From a virus, in the IMG/VR virus record IMGVR_UViG_3300025018_000102, positions 86,132 through 150,131 of that record: a DNA stretch of 64,000 bases; one strand, written 5' to 3'. The notes under the pieces were generated by a model. That model saw only the letters and a program-made list of their open reading frames with translations, was not told the origin of the DNA and searched no databases. Position 1 is the stretch's first letter; each line of letters starts with the position of its first letter. A program made the position numbers and the translations under genes. This document shows, in pieces, positions 44,337 to 53,520 of this stretch.

Positions 44337-44819
44337 TTACGGCATCTTACCATACCTGTGGGCACAGGAGTGAGAAATGCCTAGTTCTTTGGCGATGTAT
44401 GCGTATGTGTGCCCGCATTTTCTTAGGTTGACTATGGTGTCCTGTGTTGCTTGGCTGAGCTTGCGTTCAGCTGCTGCGTGCTTGGCACGGGCCACTCGAA
44501 GTTCCAAGGGCTCATCCAGCGAGTTGTCTCTGACTGTCCCAAGTTGTAGATTGCTTACATGGAAGTTGTGCTTGTTCCCATCCATGTGACGCACTACGAT
44601 ACCTTCTTCAAAAATAGTTTCCCCCCAGGCAAAGAACGCCACGAGCCTGTGTACGGCTACGAAGTGGGACTCCCCAGCGTGGCGCACCTTGAATCGGGGG
44701 TAGCCCTTCCTAGACACCAGGAGCTTGAGCGGCCTTCTAGCGGGCCCAATCACGTACTTGCCCTCGACCCTGTATCCCTTATCCACTGCAGACAGCAGTG
44801 CATCTTGCATTGCGCCCAT
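44337..44819 (-). CDS. HNH homing endonuclease with C-terminal HTH
   Basis: 'VHRLVA...VRHMDGNKHNFHVSNL...N'; GGAGG SD before ATG 44819; TTGACA-N16-TAAGTT upstream. Confidence 0.85.
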   Translation of the reverse strand: MGAMQDALLSAVDKGYRVEGKYVIGPARRPLKLLVSRKGYPRFKVRHAGESHFVAVHRLVAFFAWGETIFEEGIVVRHMDGNKHNFHVSNLQLGTVRDNSLDEPLELRVARAKHAAAERKLSQATQDTIVNLRKCGHTYAYIAKELGISHSCAHRYGKMP

Positions 44820-44875
44820 TACTCGTCCTCCATGACCCAAACTTAGCGGGCCTGGGGCACGTGTCAAGAGTAAAA

Positions 44876-45313
44876 CTACTTTCGCTGGGCGCGAGGCTGC
44901 ACGATTGCTGTCATATCCCGGATTTTGCGGGTCATTTCAACCTTGTCCGCAAGGCGGTCGTGGGCCTCTTTGATCATCGCGCCGGCCTTGGGGTCCGGTG
45001 TATGGGACTGGTAGTTGTTGCCCATCGTGCGAAGGGCCTCAGCAATGGAGTCGTCTGCGTTGGCCAGGAGCATGACTGCCGCGGCAAGTTCGTTGCCGAT
45101 CTGAGACACGGCCTCCAGAATGGCCTCCACCTTGTCGGAGTCGGAGTAGCCAGCTGACTCTTCGGGGGACACGTCAGCCAGTTCGGAGATCATACTCCAC
45201 AGCGTCTGGACGCATAGAACAGCCTCAATAGTCCACACCAGGGTCTCTTGCTCCTCTGGGTTGACGTCTTCGGATTCGATTAGTTCTTCGAGCAGGGGGA
45301 TTGCTTTGTTCAT
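44876..45313 (-). CDS. Hypothetical helical protein
   Basis: 145 aa; TTGGCA-N17-TATGTT-N6-ATG. Confidence 0.7.
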   Translation of the reverse strand: MNKAIPLLEELIESEDVNPEEQETLVWTIEAVLCVQTLWSMISELADVSPEESAGYSDSDKVEAILEAVSQIGNELAAAVMLLANADDSIAEALRTMGNNYQSHTPDPKAGAMIKEAHDRLADKVEMTRKIRDMTAIVQPRAQRK

Positions 45314-45352
45314 TTCAGGAACATAGCACCGTACTCAGCCTATGCCAAGTAC

Positions 45353-45862
45353 CTAATCTACGGAGTAGTCGAATGGCGGCTTGATTCCGTCACTGTGAGA
45401 CGCAGCAAGCGCCATTGTACGCTGGATCGCAAGAAGCGGGTTGCGGGACAGGGCACCTGTCTTGGCAGCATAGGCCAGTGAGCCCATGGCGAAGTCTCTA
45501 CCAATACCGATGGCTGCAAAGGGGCGTGAGGTCTGGAACCATGCGTACCCCTCGTCCATGTAGTAGATATCCTTCCCCCAGACAAGGAGCCCTGAGATGT
45601 CAGGACGCTCCTCGGGCATCTGCTTGCGGGCGATCTTGGTGAACAGAGACAGGGTGCCTGAGTGGCCCGCCATCAGTTCTATCAGTTGGTCCATGTTGGT
45701 GGGGTCTCCGGCGTAACCAAACCACGCCTCCCCACCAAAGACTTGGGAGATCTTAGGCACCGCCAATAGATCAAATATGGGCGAAGTTGGCTCTCCCAGG
45801 TAGCGATCGCCTGCGAGGATTGCGTCCCCTTCGGCCCCACGTGCTGCGAGAATCAACGTCAT
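45353..45862 (-). CDS. HslV/proteasome-beta-like Ntn protease
   Basis: N-terminal M-T, 'LAGDR', 'KI', 'GYAG', 'AIGIG'. Confidence 0.7.
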   Translation of the reverse strand: MTLILAARGAEGDAILAGDRYLGEPTSPIFDLLAVPKISQVFGGEAWFGYAGDPTNMDQLIELMAGHSGTLSLFTKIARKQMPEERPDISGLLVWGKDIYYMDEGYAWFQTSRPFAAIGIGRDFAMGSLAYAAKTGALSRNPLLAIQRTMALAASHSDGIKPPFDYSVD

Positions 45863-45865
45863 ATT

Positions 45866-47158
45866 CTACACCGACATCTTTCCGTTGTGGATAAACTTGG
45901 GAGTTGGGATGACCTTGTCCAGTTCTGTGTCATCATCCGCTTCCCGTACGCACACGATGGAGACATTACTCACAGGCCGGCCCGTGCGGGATATGAACAT
46001 GATCTGAGCGGGTTCTGGATTGAACGTGCCGATGCCGTTCTGCCCGAAAGGCTCTCCACCAATCAGCGAACCGTTCACGATGAGGCAAGCTCCATTGGGG
46101 AGCATCTGCACAGTGGGAGTGTGCCAATGGCCAAAGATTGCCACCGAGATCTTCTTGTTGATGACCTTGGACTCCTGAATCCGCAGGAGCGTGTCGGCCA
46201 TGTGGCCTACTGAGATACTTCGAGATACGTTCTTCGAATCCGGGGCAGTGTCGCCGTGAGAGGCCATAATCAGGCCCCCGTTGAGGTCATCCACAAAGGC
46301 GATGCCCGCAGACGGGATGTCAAACTCCACCTTGGTGTTCTTGAACGTCAGCATCAGGGCCAGGTACAGGCTGTGGGCATGACTGTCCCACCGTTGAGAC
46401 AGCTCCCGAGAGCTGTTCTTATAGGTCATGCGATCGTGATTGCCGGGCAGGCACACCACCGTCACGTTGACAAAGTGCTGACTGAGGTAGTCGATGGCAG
46501 CGATGAGGATGCTAGCTGCTGCCCAGATTTGCTCTGTCATGGGCTTGATGTTGGTGTCGTCCAAGTGGATGACGCCCTGCATGATGTCCCCGTTGAGAAC
46601 GACTCGAAGCTCTTTGACGTCCGAGTTGGCCCCGTGCTCGACGGCCTCAACGCACAGCATCGCCATTCGGCGGGCGGCGATCGTCCAGTTGAAGTTGCTG
46701 CCAAGCACCTCAAAGTCGTTTACGTCCACTCCAAAGTGAAGGTCACTCCACACCAACGTCAATGCCTGGTTGGGCTTGGCCTTGGACCGCGAGGTCTTGT
46801 AGGCGCCCTTGTTCAGCTTGACTGGGTTTGCCTTGATCGTCTTCTCCATCGTCTCAGCAAGACGATCTCCGAAGTAATCCTTGGCGCCCACGATGCGCTC
46901 GAGCCGGCGCACGTAGTTGTTACGCAGTTCAACGCCCCGAGTCTCGGGACCATTGGTCTTGACCTCGAGTCCAGCCACATGGGCTGCATCCGCCTTGACC
47001 TTTGCCCACCCACCGTATTGCTCGATATCATGCCGAGTAACGTCGGGGTCACTCTTCAGGAACGTGCGCCGCGAGAATAAGGGAGACCTTGGATCAAGAT
47101 CCAGGTCCTTTGCAACTCGGAGGATCTCGTCCTGTACTTGCTCTAGTGATCTAGGCAT
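45866..47158 (-). CDS. Calcineurin-like metallophosphoesterase
   Basis: SDLH, NGD, GNHD, HGD, GHWH motifs. Confidence 0.85.
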   Translation of the reverse strand: MPRSLEQVQDEILRVAKDLDLDPRSPLFSRRTFLKSDPDVTRHDIEQYGGWAKVKADAAHVAGLEVKTNGPETRGVELRNNYVRRLERIVGAKDYFGDRLAETMEKTIKANPVKLNKGAYKTSRSKAKPNQALTLVWSDLHFGVDVNDFEVLGSNFNWTIAARRMAMLCVEAVEHGANSDVKELRVVLNGDIMQGVIHLDDTNIKPMTEQIWAAASILIAAIDYLSQHFVNVTVVCLPGNHDRMTYKNSSRELSQRWDSHAHSLYLALMLTFKNTKVEFDIPSAGIAFVDDLNGGLIMASHGDTAPDSKNVSRSISVGHMADTLLRIQESKVINKKISVAIFGHWHTPTVQMLPNGACLIVNGSLIGGEPFGQNGIGTFNPEPAQIMFISRTGRPVSNVSIVCVREADDDTELDKVIPTPKFIHNGKMSV

Positions 47159-47185
47159 ATTGTCCCTTTGAAGATGGTGGAGGCG

Positions 47186-47512
47186 TTATCGATCGGACGG
47201 CCAAACGAATGCTTCGTAGGTAACTGCGCCATCCCCAATGAAGTTGAGGTACACCTTGTCAGGCACGTTTCGGAAGGTAATCACCGCGTTTGGAGGCAAC
47301 CGGAAGTCAGTTGACGTTGCAACATCGGCCCGGTCATTTGTGAAGCGAATGCGGCAAGGCGCGGCGCCCGTCATGATAGTGATCCCCTTATCCCGTGTCA
47401 GTCGAGTGCTGTAGGGAGCAGCAACTCCGCTAGCTCCAGTGACCCGCTCGTAGCCAGGGGTGCCCGCAGCGGGCGGAGTGAATGCCAGTGTGGCGTCTAG
47501 AAACAGGCTCAT
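47186..47512 (-). CDS. Hypothetical beta-rich protein
   Basis: 108 aa with AAGGA SD. Confidence 0.6.
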   Translation of the reverse strand: MSLFLDATLAFTPPAAGTPGYERVTGASGVAAPYSTRLTRDKGITIMTGAAPCRIRFTNDRADVATSTDFRLPPNAVITFRNVPDKVYLNFIGDGAVTYEAFVWPSDR

Positions 47513-47546
47513 GTTGGTATTTCCTTACGTAGATATCTTACTATGG

Positions 47547-49466
47547 TTAGGACTCGATGTCCACCAACTCACAAACGTTGCCCACACAGGCGAGTTCGTG
47601 TGAACTCGTGGTGGTATCCTCTTTCTCGTAAAGGGGAAGCTGGCCCCAATCGATGGCAGGCATAGCGGCCCGGAGCTGCTCGTAGGCATCCTTGTCGATG
47701 CGCTCGTAAGGAGCCTGCTGGTATACATGGTCGCCATCCTCACGGGGCAGGAACGAGATGCCTGAGATGGAATCAAAGTTCTCCCAAATCCAGGCTCCGA
47801 CTGCGAGGAACTCATCATCCGAGTAGTACACGGTGCATGAGGGCTTGTGCTCGCACCAATGGTCCTGGTAGATCTTCCACAGGTTGAGTTGGTCGAGCGC
47901 GCTCATGTCTCGTGCGGTGACCGCCCCCTCTGGGGCATGAATGGGGAACGAGAACACGGCAGTGTTGTCTCGGTGCACATCATCCTCCACAGGCACGCCC
48001 TGCAAGGATAGGAAGTCGAACACAGGATCCGTCTTTGCGATGCGCACACGTCGGATGTAGTAGGTGCTGTAACGTGGGTGAATACCAGAGGCTGAGTTCA
48101 CCAGTTGGCTAACAGTTCCGGAGGGCTTGACTGCAGTGACGGCGGTGGACTGGTTGATGCCTAGTTTCTTAGCCCACTTCTTGTTGACCTCGATTGCATG
48201 GTCCCGGAGCTTTTCAAGCATTTCCGGAAGTTCGGGGTTCGTGTGATCCCCAAGGATTGCGTGATCCATGATGCCAGTCAGACTCACGCCGAGGAGACGC
48301 TCCTCCTCGCAGTTCTGCTGCCACTTCTTACGCAGGTACTTGAACTCCGTAACGGTGGACTGGAGTGTGCCCAAGATGGTAGCGACCTCGACCTTGCGCA
48401 GCAGGTCCTCCAGGGTGTCCCCGAAGCGGACAACGACCTCAGAAAGGTTGCACATTTGCATCGAGCGGAGAAGGATCTCACTGCAAGGGTTGCACCCCCA
48501 CTCCCACCCTGTCTCACGGCGGCCATTCTCGGCTACCTTGAGGTCTGCAGAGGTACGGTTGAAAATGCCCCGTTCCCCGCTGTAACTGCGGTACATGGAC
48601 ATCCACTCGTCCATAAAGGCTGATAGGTCCGGCTTCTCCGTGTAGCAGACTGAGTTGTTGCTCAGGTCTCGATGTGGATGGTTTGTGCGATAGTCACCTG
48701 TCTTGGCGCCACGCATGCGATCGTCAGACAGGTTGCTCAAGGAAAGTAGGGCAGAACGTCGGGTGCCTCCAGCGACGACGACATCGCCAATCTTGCACAT
48801 GAGGTCATGGCACTCGAGTGAGTTGAGTTTGCGGCCTTTGGCCTTGCTGAACGTGGCCACAGTGAAGTTGAACAGGTCCACGAGGGGCGCAGGCCCGCTG
48901 GCTCGTCCACCAAAAGTCTTGAGTCGGGCCCCCTTGAGCCGCACGCCGCTGACGTCCCACCTAGGCACCTGCCCGCTGTAAAGCAGGGAGATCAGTTCCT
49001 TGAAGGCTTTTGCCCACCCAATACGGCTGTCACGCACATGGATGACTGTGTCCGTGGGGTGCATCTCATCAGAGACCGTGGGGAGTTTGTTGACGAACTG
49101 CCGCTCCACAGAGAACCCGAGGCCGCATCCGTTCATCAGGATGAACATGGCCTCATCGAAGATGCGAGGATGATCGACTGCAGCGTAGGCACAGTTGAAG
49201 TTGGCCACGTGGGTGCTGTCGAGGGCATCCCCAGCACACTGCATGGCGCGCATGGAAGGCATCACTTCGAAGTTCTCGATGGGCTTCTTCAGCTTTCCAA
49301 TGGCCTTCTCGTGCTCAGGAAAGCGGGATTGGAACCAAGAGATGTAGCGCCCAGTGGTCTCTGGCCAGCTCTCCCTTCGTACTTCTTCTTCAAGCCACTT
49401 AGAGTACTTAGACTTGTATATAAACTCGCTGTAAGCAGGGGTGCCGGTGGCTTCAAAATAGGACAT
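47547..49466 (-). CDS. nrdJ: Class II (adenosylcobalamin-dependent) ribonucleotide reductase
   Basis: 'PSMR', 'FNC', 'GGRASGP', 'NPCSE', 'CNL', 'KPSGTVS', 'EHKPS', C-terminal 'ACVGNVCE'; no small subunit nearby. Confidence 0.9.
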   Translation of the reverse strand: MSYFEATGTPAYSEFIYKSKYSKWLEEEVRRESWPETTGRYISWFQSRFPEHEKAIGKLKKPIENFEVMPSMRAMQCAGDALDSTHVANFNCAYAAVDHPRIFDEAMFILMNGCGLGFSVERQFVNKLPTVSDEMHPTDTVIHVRDSRIGWAKAFKELISLLYSGQVPRWDVSGVRLKGARLKTFGGRASGPAPLVDLFNFTVATFSKAKGRKLNSLECHDLMCKIGDVVVAGGTRRSALLSLSNLSDDRMRGAKTGDYRTNHPHRDLSNNSVCYTEKPDLSAFMDEWMSMYRSYSGERGIFNRTSADLKVAENGRRETGWEWGCNPCSEILLRSMQMCNLSEVVVRFGDTLEDLLRKVEVATILGTLQSTVTEFKYLRKKWQQNCEEERLLGVSLTGIMDHAILGDHTNPELPEMLEKLRDHAIEVNKKWAKKLGINQSTAVTAVKPSGTVSQLVNSASGIHPRYSTYYIRRVRIAKTDPVFDFLSLQGVPVEDDVHRDNTAVFSFPIHAPEGAVTARDMSALDQLNLWKIYQDHWCEHKPSCTVYYSDDEFLAVGAWIWENFDSISGISFLPREDGDHVYQQAPYERIDKDAYEQLRAAMPAIDWGQLPLYEKEDTTTSSHELACVGNVCELVDIES

Positions 49467-49607
49467 AAACTCCGAAAAGTAGAGGGTAAAAGGTCTTACA
49501 GTATACCAAAAAGGGACGCGTAACACACGCGCAAAATACGTCCTATGGGTCGAGGGAAACCCAGACGACGACAAAGACGATGAGCCACACAAGGGTCTGT
49601 TCGGCCA

Positions 49608-50213
49608 TCACTTCCTCCAAGACTCTTCGTCGTGCGGGTCCAGTCCTGGAGGGCACATGGAGGCCCAACACTCGGGACCACTGAGCACTAGGCCGTACTC
49701 AGCGTAGAGTCTGTGGACGTAAGGATCGTCCTCGAAGAACACGATAGACTCCCCACGACCTACCCAACTTATGAGCCACTCAACCTGAGTGCGCTTGTGC
49801 ACGCTCGCAGGAACGTCCTTGGAATCTAGAGGCCGCATAAGGAGCTTCTTGCTCAGGTGGCCATCTGGCACGTGGAAGTGCTTCCTCAGCCACTCCTCTG
49901 TCGCCTCCCGAAGGCCCTCGTTGCGGCCAGTGATGTACCAGATGGAGGCGCCTTGGGAGTACAGGTAGTTGATGACCCTCTGAGCCTCCGGAACAGGCTC
50001 ATCAAGAGCGAGTAGGCTAGCGTCCAGGAACGCATCCCAGCAGTGCTGAGGAACCTTGAAGTCTCCCCCTGTGCCTGCGCAGGTAGCACAGCCGAGAGCC
50101 TGCCAGGAGGGCTTGCCGCACGGTTCGCAGTGGGGGACTAGAAGTTCTTCCCTATGAGTCAGGTCGGCAATGGTGATATCAATGTCCACCACGAATACTG
50201 GGAAGTTTGGCAT
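49608..50213 (-). CDS. HAD-family phosphatase (polynucleotide 3'-phosphatase-like)
   Basis: 'VDIDITI', 'ITGR', 'LLMRP', 'FEDD'. Confidence 0.75.
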   Translation of the reverse strand: MPNFPVFVVDIDITIADLTHREELLVPHCEPCGKPSWQALGCATCAGTGGDFKVPQHCWDAFLDASLLALDEPVPEAQRVINYLYSQGASIWYITGRNEGLREATEEWLRKHFHVPDGHLSKKLLMRPLDSKDVPASVHKRTQVEWLISWVGRGESIVFFEDDPYVHRLYAEYGLVLSGPECWASMCPPGLDPHDEESWRK

Positions 50214-50219
50214 CCCAAC

Positions 50220-50248
50220 ACCCTAGGGCTAGGATCCTAAAGTGTCAA
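50220..50248 (-). promoter_or_regulatory. sigma70-like promoter, leaderless spacing
   Basis: TTGACA-N17-TAGGGT-N6-ATG. Confidence 0.6.
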
Positions 50249-50838
50249 GGAGGCTGGATACTGTCTCGAACGTAGAGGATGTCCTCGGGCTGAATGTAGG
50301 CCTCTGGGCGAGCGGACAGCCACATGATTGAGCCTTCGTCACGCATGTCATGGGCCAAACCAAGGCAATGGCCAAGCTCGTGCACAGCAAGCGCGACTGC
50401 ATCCTCATCTGAATATCTATCTAAGAGAAAGAAGACGTGTGTGCTATGGATCTCCCCACGCTCTCCAGGGGCCCCGAGGTGCTGATGGACCTCCGCAAGT
50501 CCACGAATGCGCAGTGGCCCGCGGAAGCCTAGGTCCTTTGCGCCCTCTATGGACACGTACCCCCTGTGAGGCGGACCTCCGTTGAACATGTGGAAGGAGT
50601 CCGAGCCCTCATAGACTCGAAACACCTTCAAGCCCACAGCGCCCTCCCAGATGTCCGCTCCGGTCCTCGCAGCGTCCTTGAACCTCTGAGGCATCCCAGG
50701 ATGGATGACCACTGGGATTGGAAAGCGATCTTGAGCCCAGTGGAGAGACACACCGCGGGACGTATGCAGTCGACCGCCATCGAGCCCTGGGGTTGCGGGG
50801 CAAGCTGAAATGACAAGGGCTATGAGGAAATACCTCAT
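50245..50838 (-). CDS. Matrixin-type zinc metalloprotease, predicted lipoprotein
   Basis: HELGHCLGLAH plus Met-turn 'SIM'; signal MRYFLIALVISA-C. Confidence 0.8.
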   Translation of the reverse strand: MRYFLIALVISACPATPGLDGGRLHTSRGVSLHWAQDRFPIPVVIHPGMPQRFKDAARTGADIWEGAVGLKVFRVYEGSDSFHMFNGGPPHRGYVSIEGAKDLGFRGPLRIRGLAEVHQHLGAPGERGEIHSTHVFFLLDRYSDEDAVALAVHELGHCLGLAHDMRDEGSIMWLSARPEAYIQPEDILYVRDSIQPP

Positions 50839-50870
50839 AGCCCAAGTTTACACCAGATTGCCTTTTAGGG

Positions 50871-51068
50871 CTACGCCTTGCTAAACTCCTCCAGACGCTT
50901 AGCGTTCTTACGAGCACGCTTGGTGTCAGCCTTCGCCTTGATCTGCTCCTGGAGGTGCTCTGGAACTTCGTGGCGCTCAGACTCATGCTTTGGGCCAAAG
51001 CGAGGCATTTCAACGCCCATAGAGGCAAAAGTGGCCATCATGGTGCTGATCTCACGATCGGTGACCAT
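50871..51068 (-). CDS. Small basic protein
   Basis: 65 aa, start overlaps upstream stop. Confidence 0.6.
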   Translation of the reverse strand: MVTDREISTMMATFASMGVEMPRFGPKHESERHEVPEHLQEQIKAKADTKRARKNAKRLEEFSKA

Positions 51069-51997
51069 TATAGGATCTCTGCATCAGACACGTTGGCAGT
51101 CTGCTTGCTAGGGGCCTTGAGCGGTTCGAAGTCGGGTGTCTGAGTCTCAGCCGAGAGGGCTGCCACGCTCTTGGTCATGTTCGCCACGGTCTCACCAAGC
51201 ACACCCATGTACTTGCCTGTGAGGAGGGCGAAGCTGGAGGTGATCTGGAGATCGGTGGCCATGTGAATGGATTCCTGCTTGGCAGGGAAGGCGTTGGAGC
51301 TGTAGCGGATCGCCGTTGCCAGGATGAGCTTGATGGCCTCGCGGCCTTCCATGGTAGCCAGCATGGGCTTGAACATTGGAATGTCTGCGCTCATCTTCTC
51401 GGCGAGGTTGAGGAGGGCTTCGCCTGAGGCGTGAACAGCCCCCAGCTTGGCACCTGCGATTGCGGCATCTTTGAACGTTGGGGCTTCTTTTTTGGTTGGC
51501 ATTTTCTCTTGTTTCTCGTTGGGTTGGATTAGTTCTGAGGCTTTGATCTTCGTCGAAACTGCGGCTGAGGGATTGACGTATATGGAGGCACCATCAAGGT
51601 GACCCGGGTTTGGGTGCTGATTGTTCCGTGTACGAATGTCTTTGACATATAGCACGAAGTCGCTACGGGACATATCGACTTCGTGTATGAACCACTCAGT
51701 CCTGCTCTCTAGTATGGCGTTGTTTCTTAGAAACAACGCTGCACCCTCCTCTGACATGCGAGAGGGAATGACCAGCACGGTGCGCTTAGGTACGTTTGTC
51801 AGCGTACCTGACGTAAGTTCGGGCCGGAGCACTCGAAGTTTTCGGAGGGTATCATGGTCCGGAACCATCCAGTAGGCATCTCTGATGCCTACGCCCAAAG
51901 GTCGTTCCCATACTGACATTGACTCCAGTTCCTCTGCCGTGTACTTGTCGCTACTCATGAGGCACATCTTGGGCTGCCGCGAGTCCACGTCAAGCAA
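51068..51997 (-). CDS. Hypothetical protein
   Basis: 309 aa; AGGGAG SD before TTG. Confidence 0.6.
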   Translation of the reverse strand: MLDVDSRQPKMCLMSSDKYTAEELESMSVWERPLGVGIRDAYWMVPDHDTLRKLRVLRPELTSGTLTNVPKRTVLVIPSRMSEEGAALFLRNNAILESRTEWFIHEVDMSRSDFVLYVKDIRTRNNQHPNPGHLDGASIYVNPSAAVSTKIKASELIQPNEKQEKMPTKKEAPTFKDAAIAGAKLGAVHASGEALLNLAEKMSADIPMFKPMLATMEGREAIKLILATAIRYSSNAFPAKQESIHMATDLQITSSFALLTGKYMGVLGETVANMTKSVAALSAETQTPDFEPLKAPSKQTANVSDAEIL

Positions 51998-52085
51998 CTA
52001 TTTGCTCCCTAGCGAATTTTGGACGCAGCTGTTCATTTAGATAACCTTTAGGCCTTTGAGCCTTGAAGCCTTAGGAACCAGAACT

Positions 52086-52149
52086 CTTTACCAAGACACT
52101 CAAAGGGAGCGAAGCGACCGAGTGTCTTTGGAGGCGAAGCCTCCTAAAG
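52086..52149. other. Branched hairpin element with two GCGAAGC motifs in divergent intergenic region
   Basis: CTTTA/TAAAG enclosing AAGACACTC...GAGTGTCTT and GGAGGC-GAA-GCCTCC. Confidence 0.6.
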
Positions 52150-52199
52150 CCTACGTGCCTTGAGTTTCACGTGCCCTAAGGCACATGAGCCTAAGAGGG

Positions 52200-52227
52200 A
52201 TTTTAGCTTTTTGGCCAAACGTGTCAA
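52200..52227 (-). promoter_or_regulatory. Leftward sigma70-like promoter
   Basis: TTGACA-N16-TAAAAT. Confidence 0.55.
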
Positions 52228-52554
52228 GGAAAAAGAGATCCTGTTGCAAAATTGTTACATAAGACCCTAGGGTGATCATAAGGCAAAAAAGCCTAAGTAT
52301 TTGATATCATTGAGCTTTTTGAGATTGCCTCCAATCCACACACTCTGGATCCCATGACGCTCTGGCGATCTAAAGCCTGTGATCTACTCAGTGCTGGGTT
52401 ATGGTGCTAAATATCGCTTGATAGGAATAATAAGGTGCCAATGTTGCCCTGCAATGAGGTATACTTTGGCCACTAATGACCCTAGGGTCATTATAATTCG
52501 GCCCGTAACGCAAAATGTGCTTGCACCTCAGCCCAAGGAAACTAGATTGCGGGA

Positions 52555-53520
52555 ATGTTCATCCCATTCCCAAAAATCCCCTCGCTCAGGAACCTCATTG
52601 GCTCTATGTCCAGGGAGGAGGGCTTCGAATCAGCCGGCATGATGACCTTTGTAGGTCGTCCCAAGATTCATGGGACAAACGCTGGAATCACCCTGACACC
52701 CTCAGGGCAGCTTCTGCCTCAGAGCCGAAACAGGGCTCTCACGCTAGGCAACGACAACATGAAATTTGCCTCCTGGGTGAAGCAGAACGAGGAGGAACTA
52801 GGCAGTACTCTCTACCACGGCCTCCTGGGACCCGTATTGCCTCTTGCGTGGCCCCAAGATGAGAGTATCACTGTGTGGGGAGAGTGGGCTGGTCCTGGAG
52901 TGCAGCGTGGAGTTGCGGTATCCAGACTTTCCCATCGCATGTTCTTCCCGTTTGCCTACAAGGTGGGTGAAGAGAAACTTAGGCCTACAAGGGCTTTTGA
53001 ACACGAGCTTATGCACTCAGTCGAGTTCTTCGGGGCTGAGACTGTGCGCTTCAATCCGGCCACCAACGAGGGCCTGCAGGAGGCCGTGGATCGCATCCAA
53101 GAACTCACAGATGCTTATGAGGCCAAGTGCCCTGTAGCAGCCCACTTCGGCATTGAGGGTATGGGAGAGGGACTTGTTTGGTGGGATCACCACAACCACT
53201 GGCTGTTCAAGTCCAAGGGAGAAAAGCACCAGCAAGTCCGAAAGCCCCTCCCAACTCCTCCAGACCCAGAGGAAGCAGGACGGGCTCTTGCCTTTGCTGA
53301 ACGAGTGGTTACCCCCGCTCGGATGGAGGGGGCATACAGTTGGCTCAAGGAGATGAATCACCCCCTTGACCAAACGAGTACTGGCGCCCTCATCCGCTAC
53401 GTGTTAGAAGACGTCCGAGCTGAGTGCATCGAAGAGTTCAAGGAGGCCCAGGCTTCTTGGAAACTGTGCGGAGGCCAGATTTCTCGCTTGGTTCGTCAGT
53501 ACTTTTTTGAGGTAGTGTAA
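52555..53520 (+). CDS. RNA ligase (Rnl2-like)
   Basis: Motif I 'KIHGTN', 'QSR', 'WGEW', 'EGLV', 'FKSK'. Confidence 0.85.
   Translation: MFIPFPKIPSLRNLIGSMSREEGFESAGMMTFVGRPKIHGTNAGITLTPSGQLLPQSRNRALTLGNDNMKFASWVKQNEEELGSTLYHGLLGPVLPLAWPQDESITVWGEWAGPGVQRGVAVSRLSHRMFFPFAYKVGEEKLRPTRAFEHELMHSVEFFGAETVRFNPATNEGLQEAVDRIQELTDAYEAKCPVAAHFGIEGMGEGLVWWDHHNHWLFKSKGEKHQQVRKPLPTPPDPEEAGRALAFAERVVTPARMEGAYSWLKEMNHPLDQTSTGALIRYVLEDVRAECIEEFKEAQASWKLCGGQISRLVRQYFFEVV

Noticed and set aside
139-51875. Numerous plus-strand ORFs opposite the structural genes
   Set aside because: Antisense shadows typical of GC-rich coding DNA; no motifs or SD support
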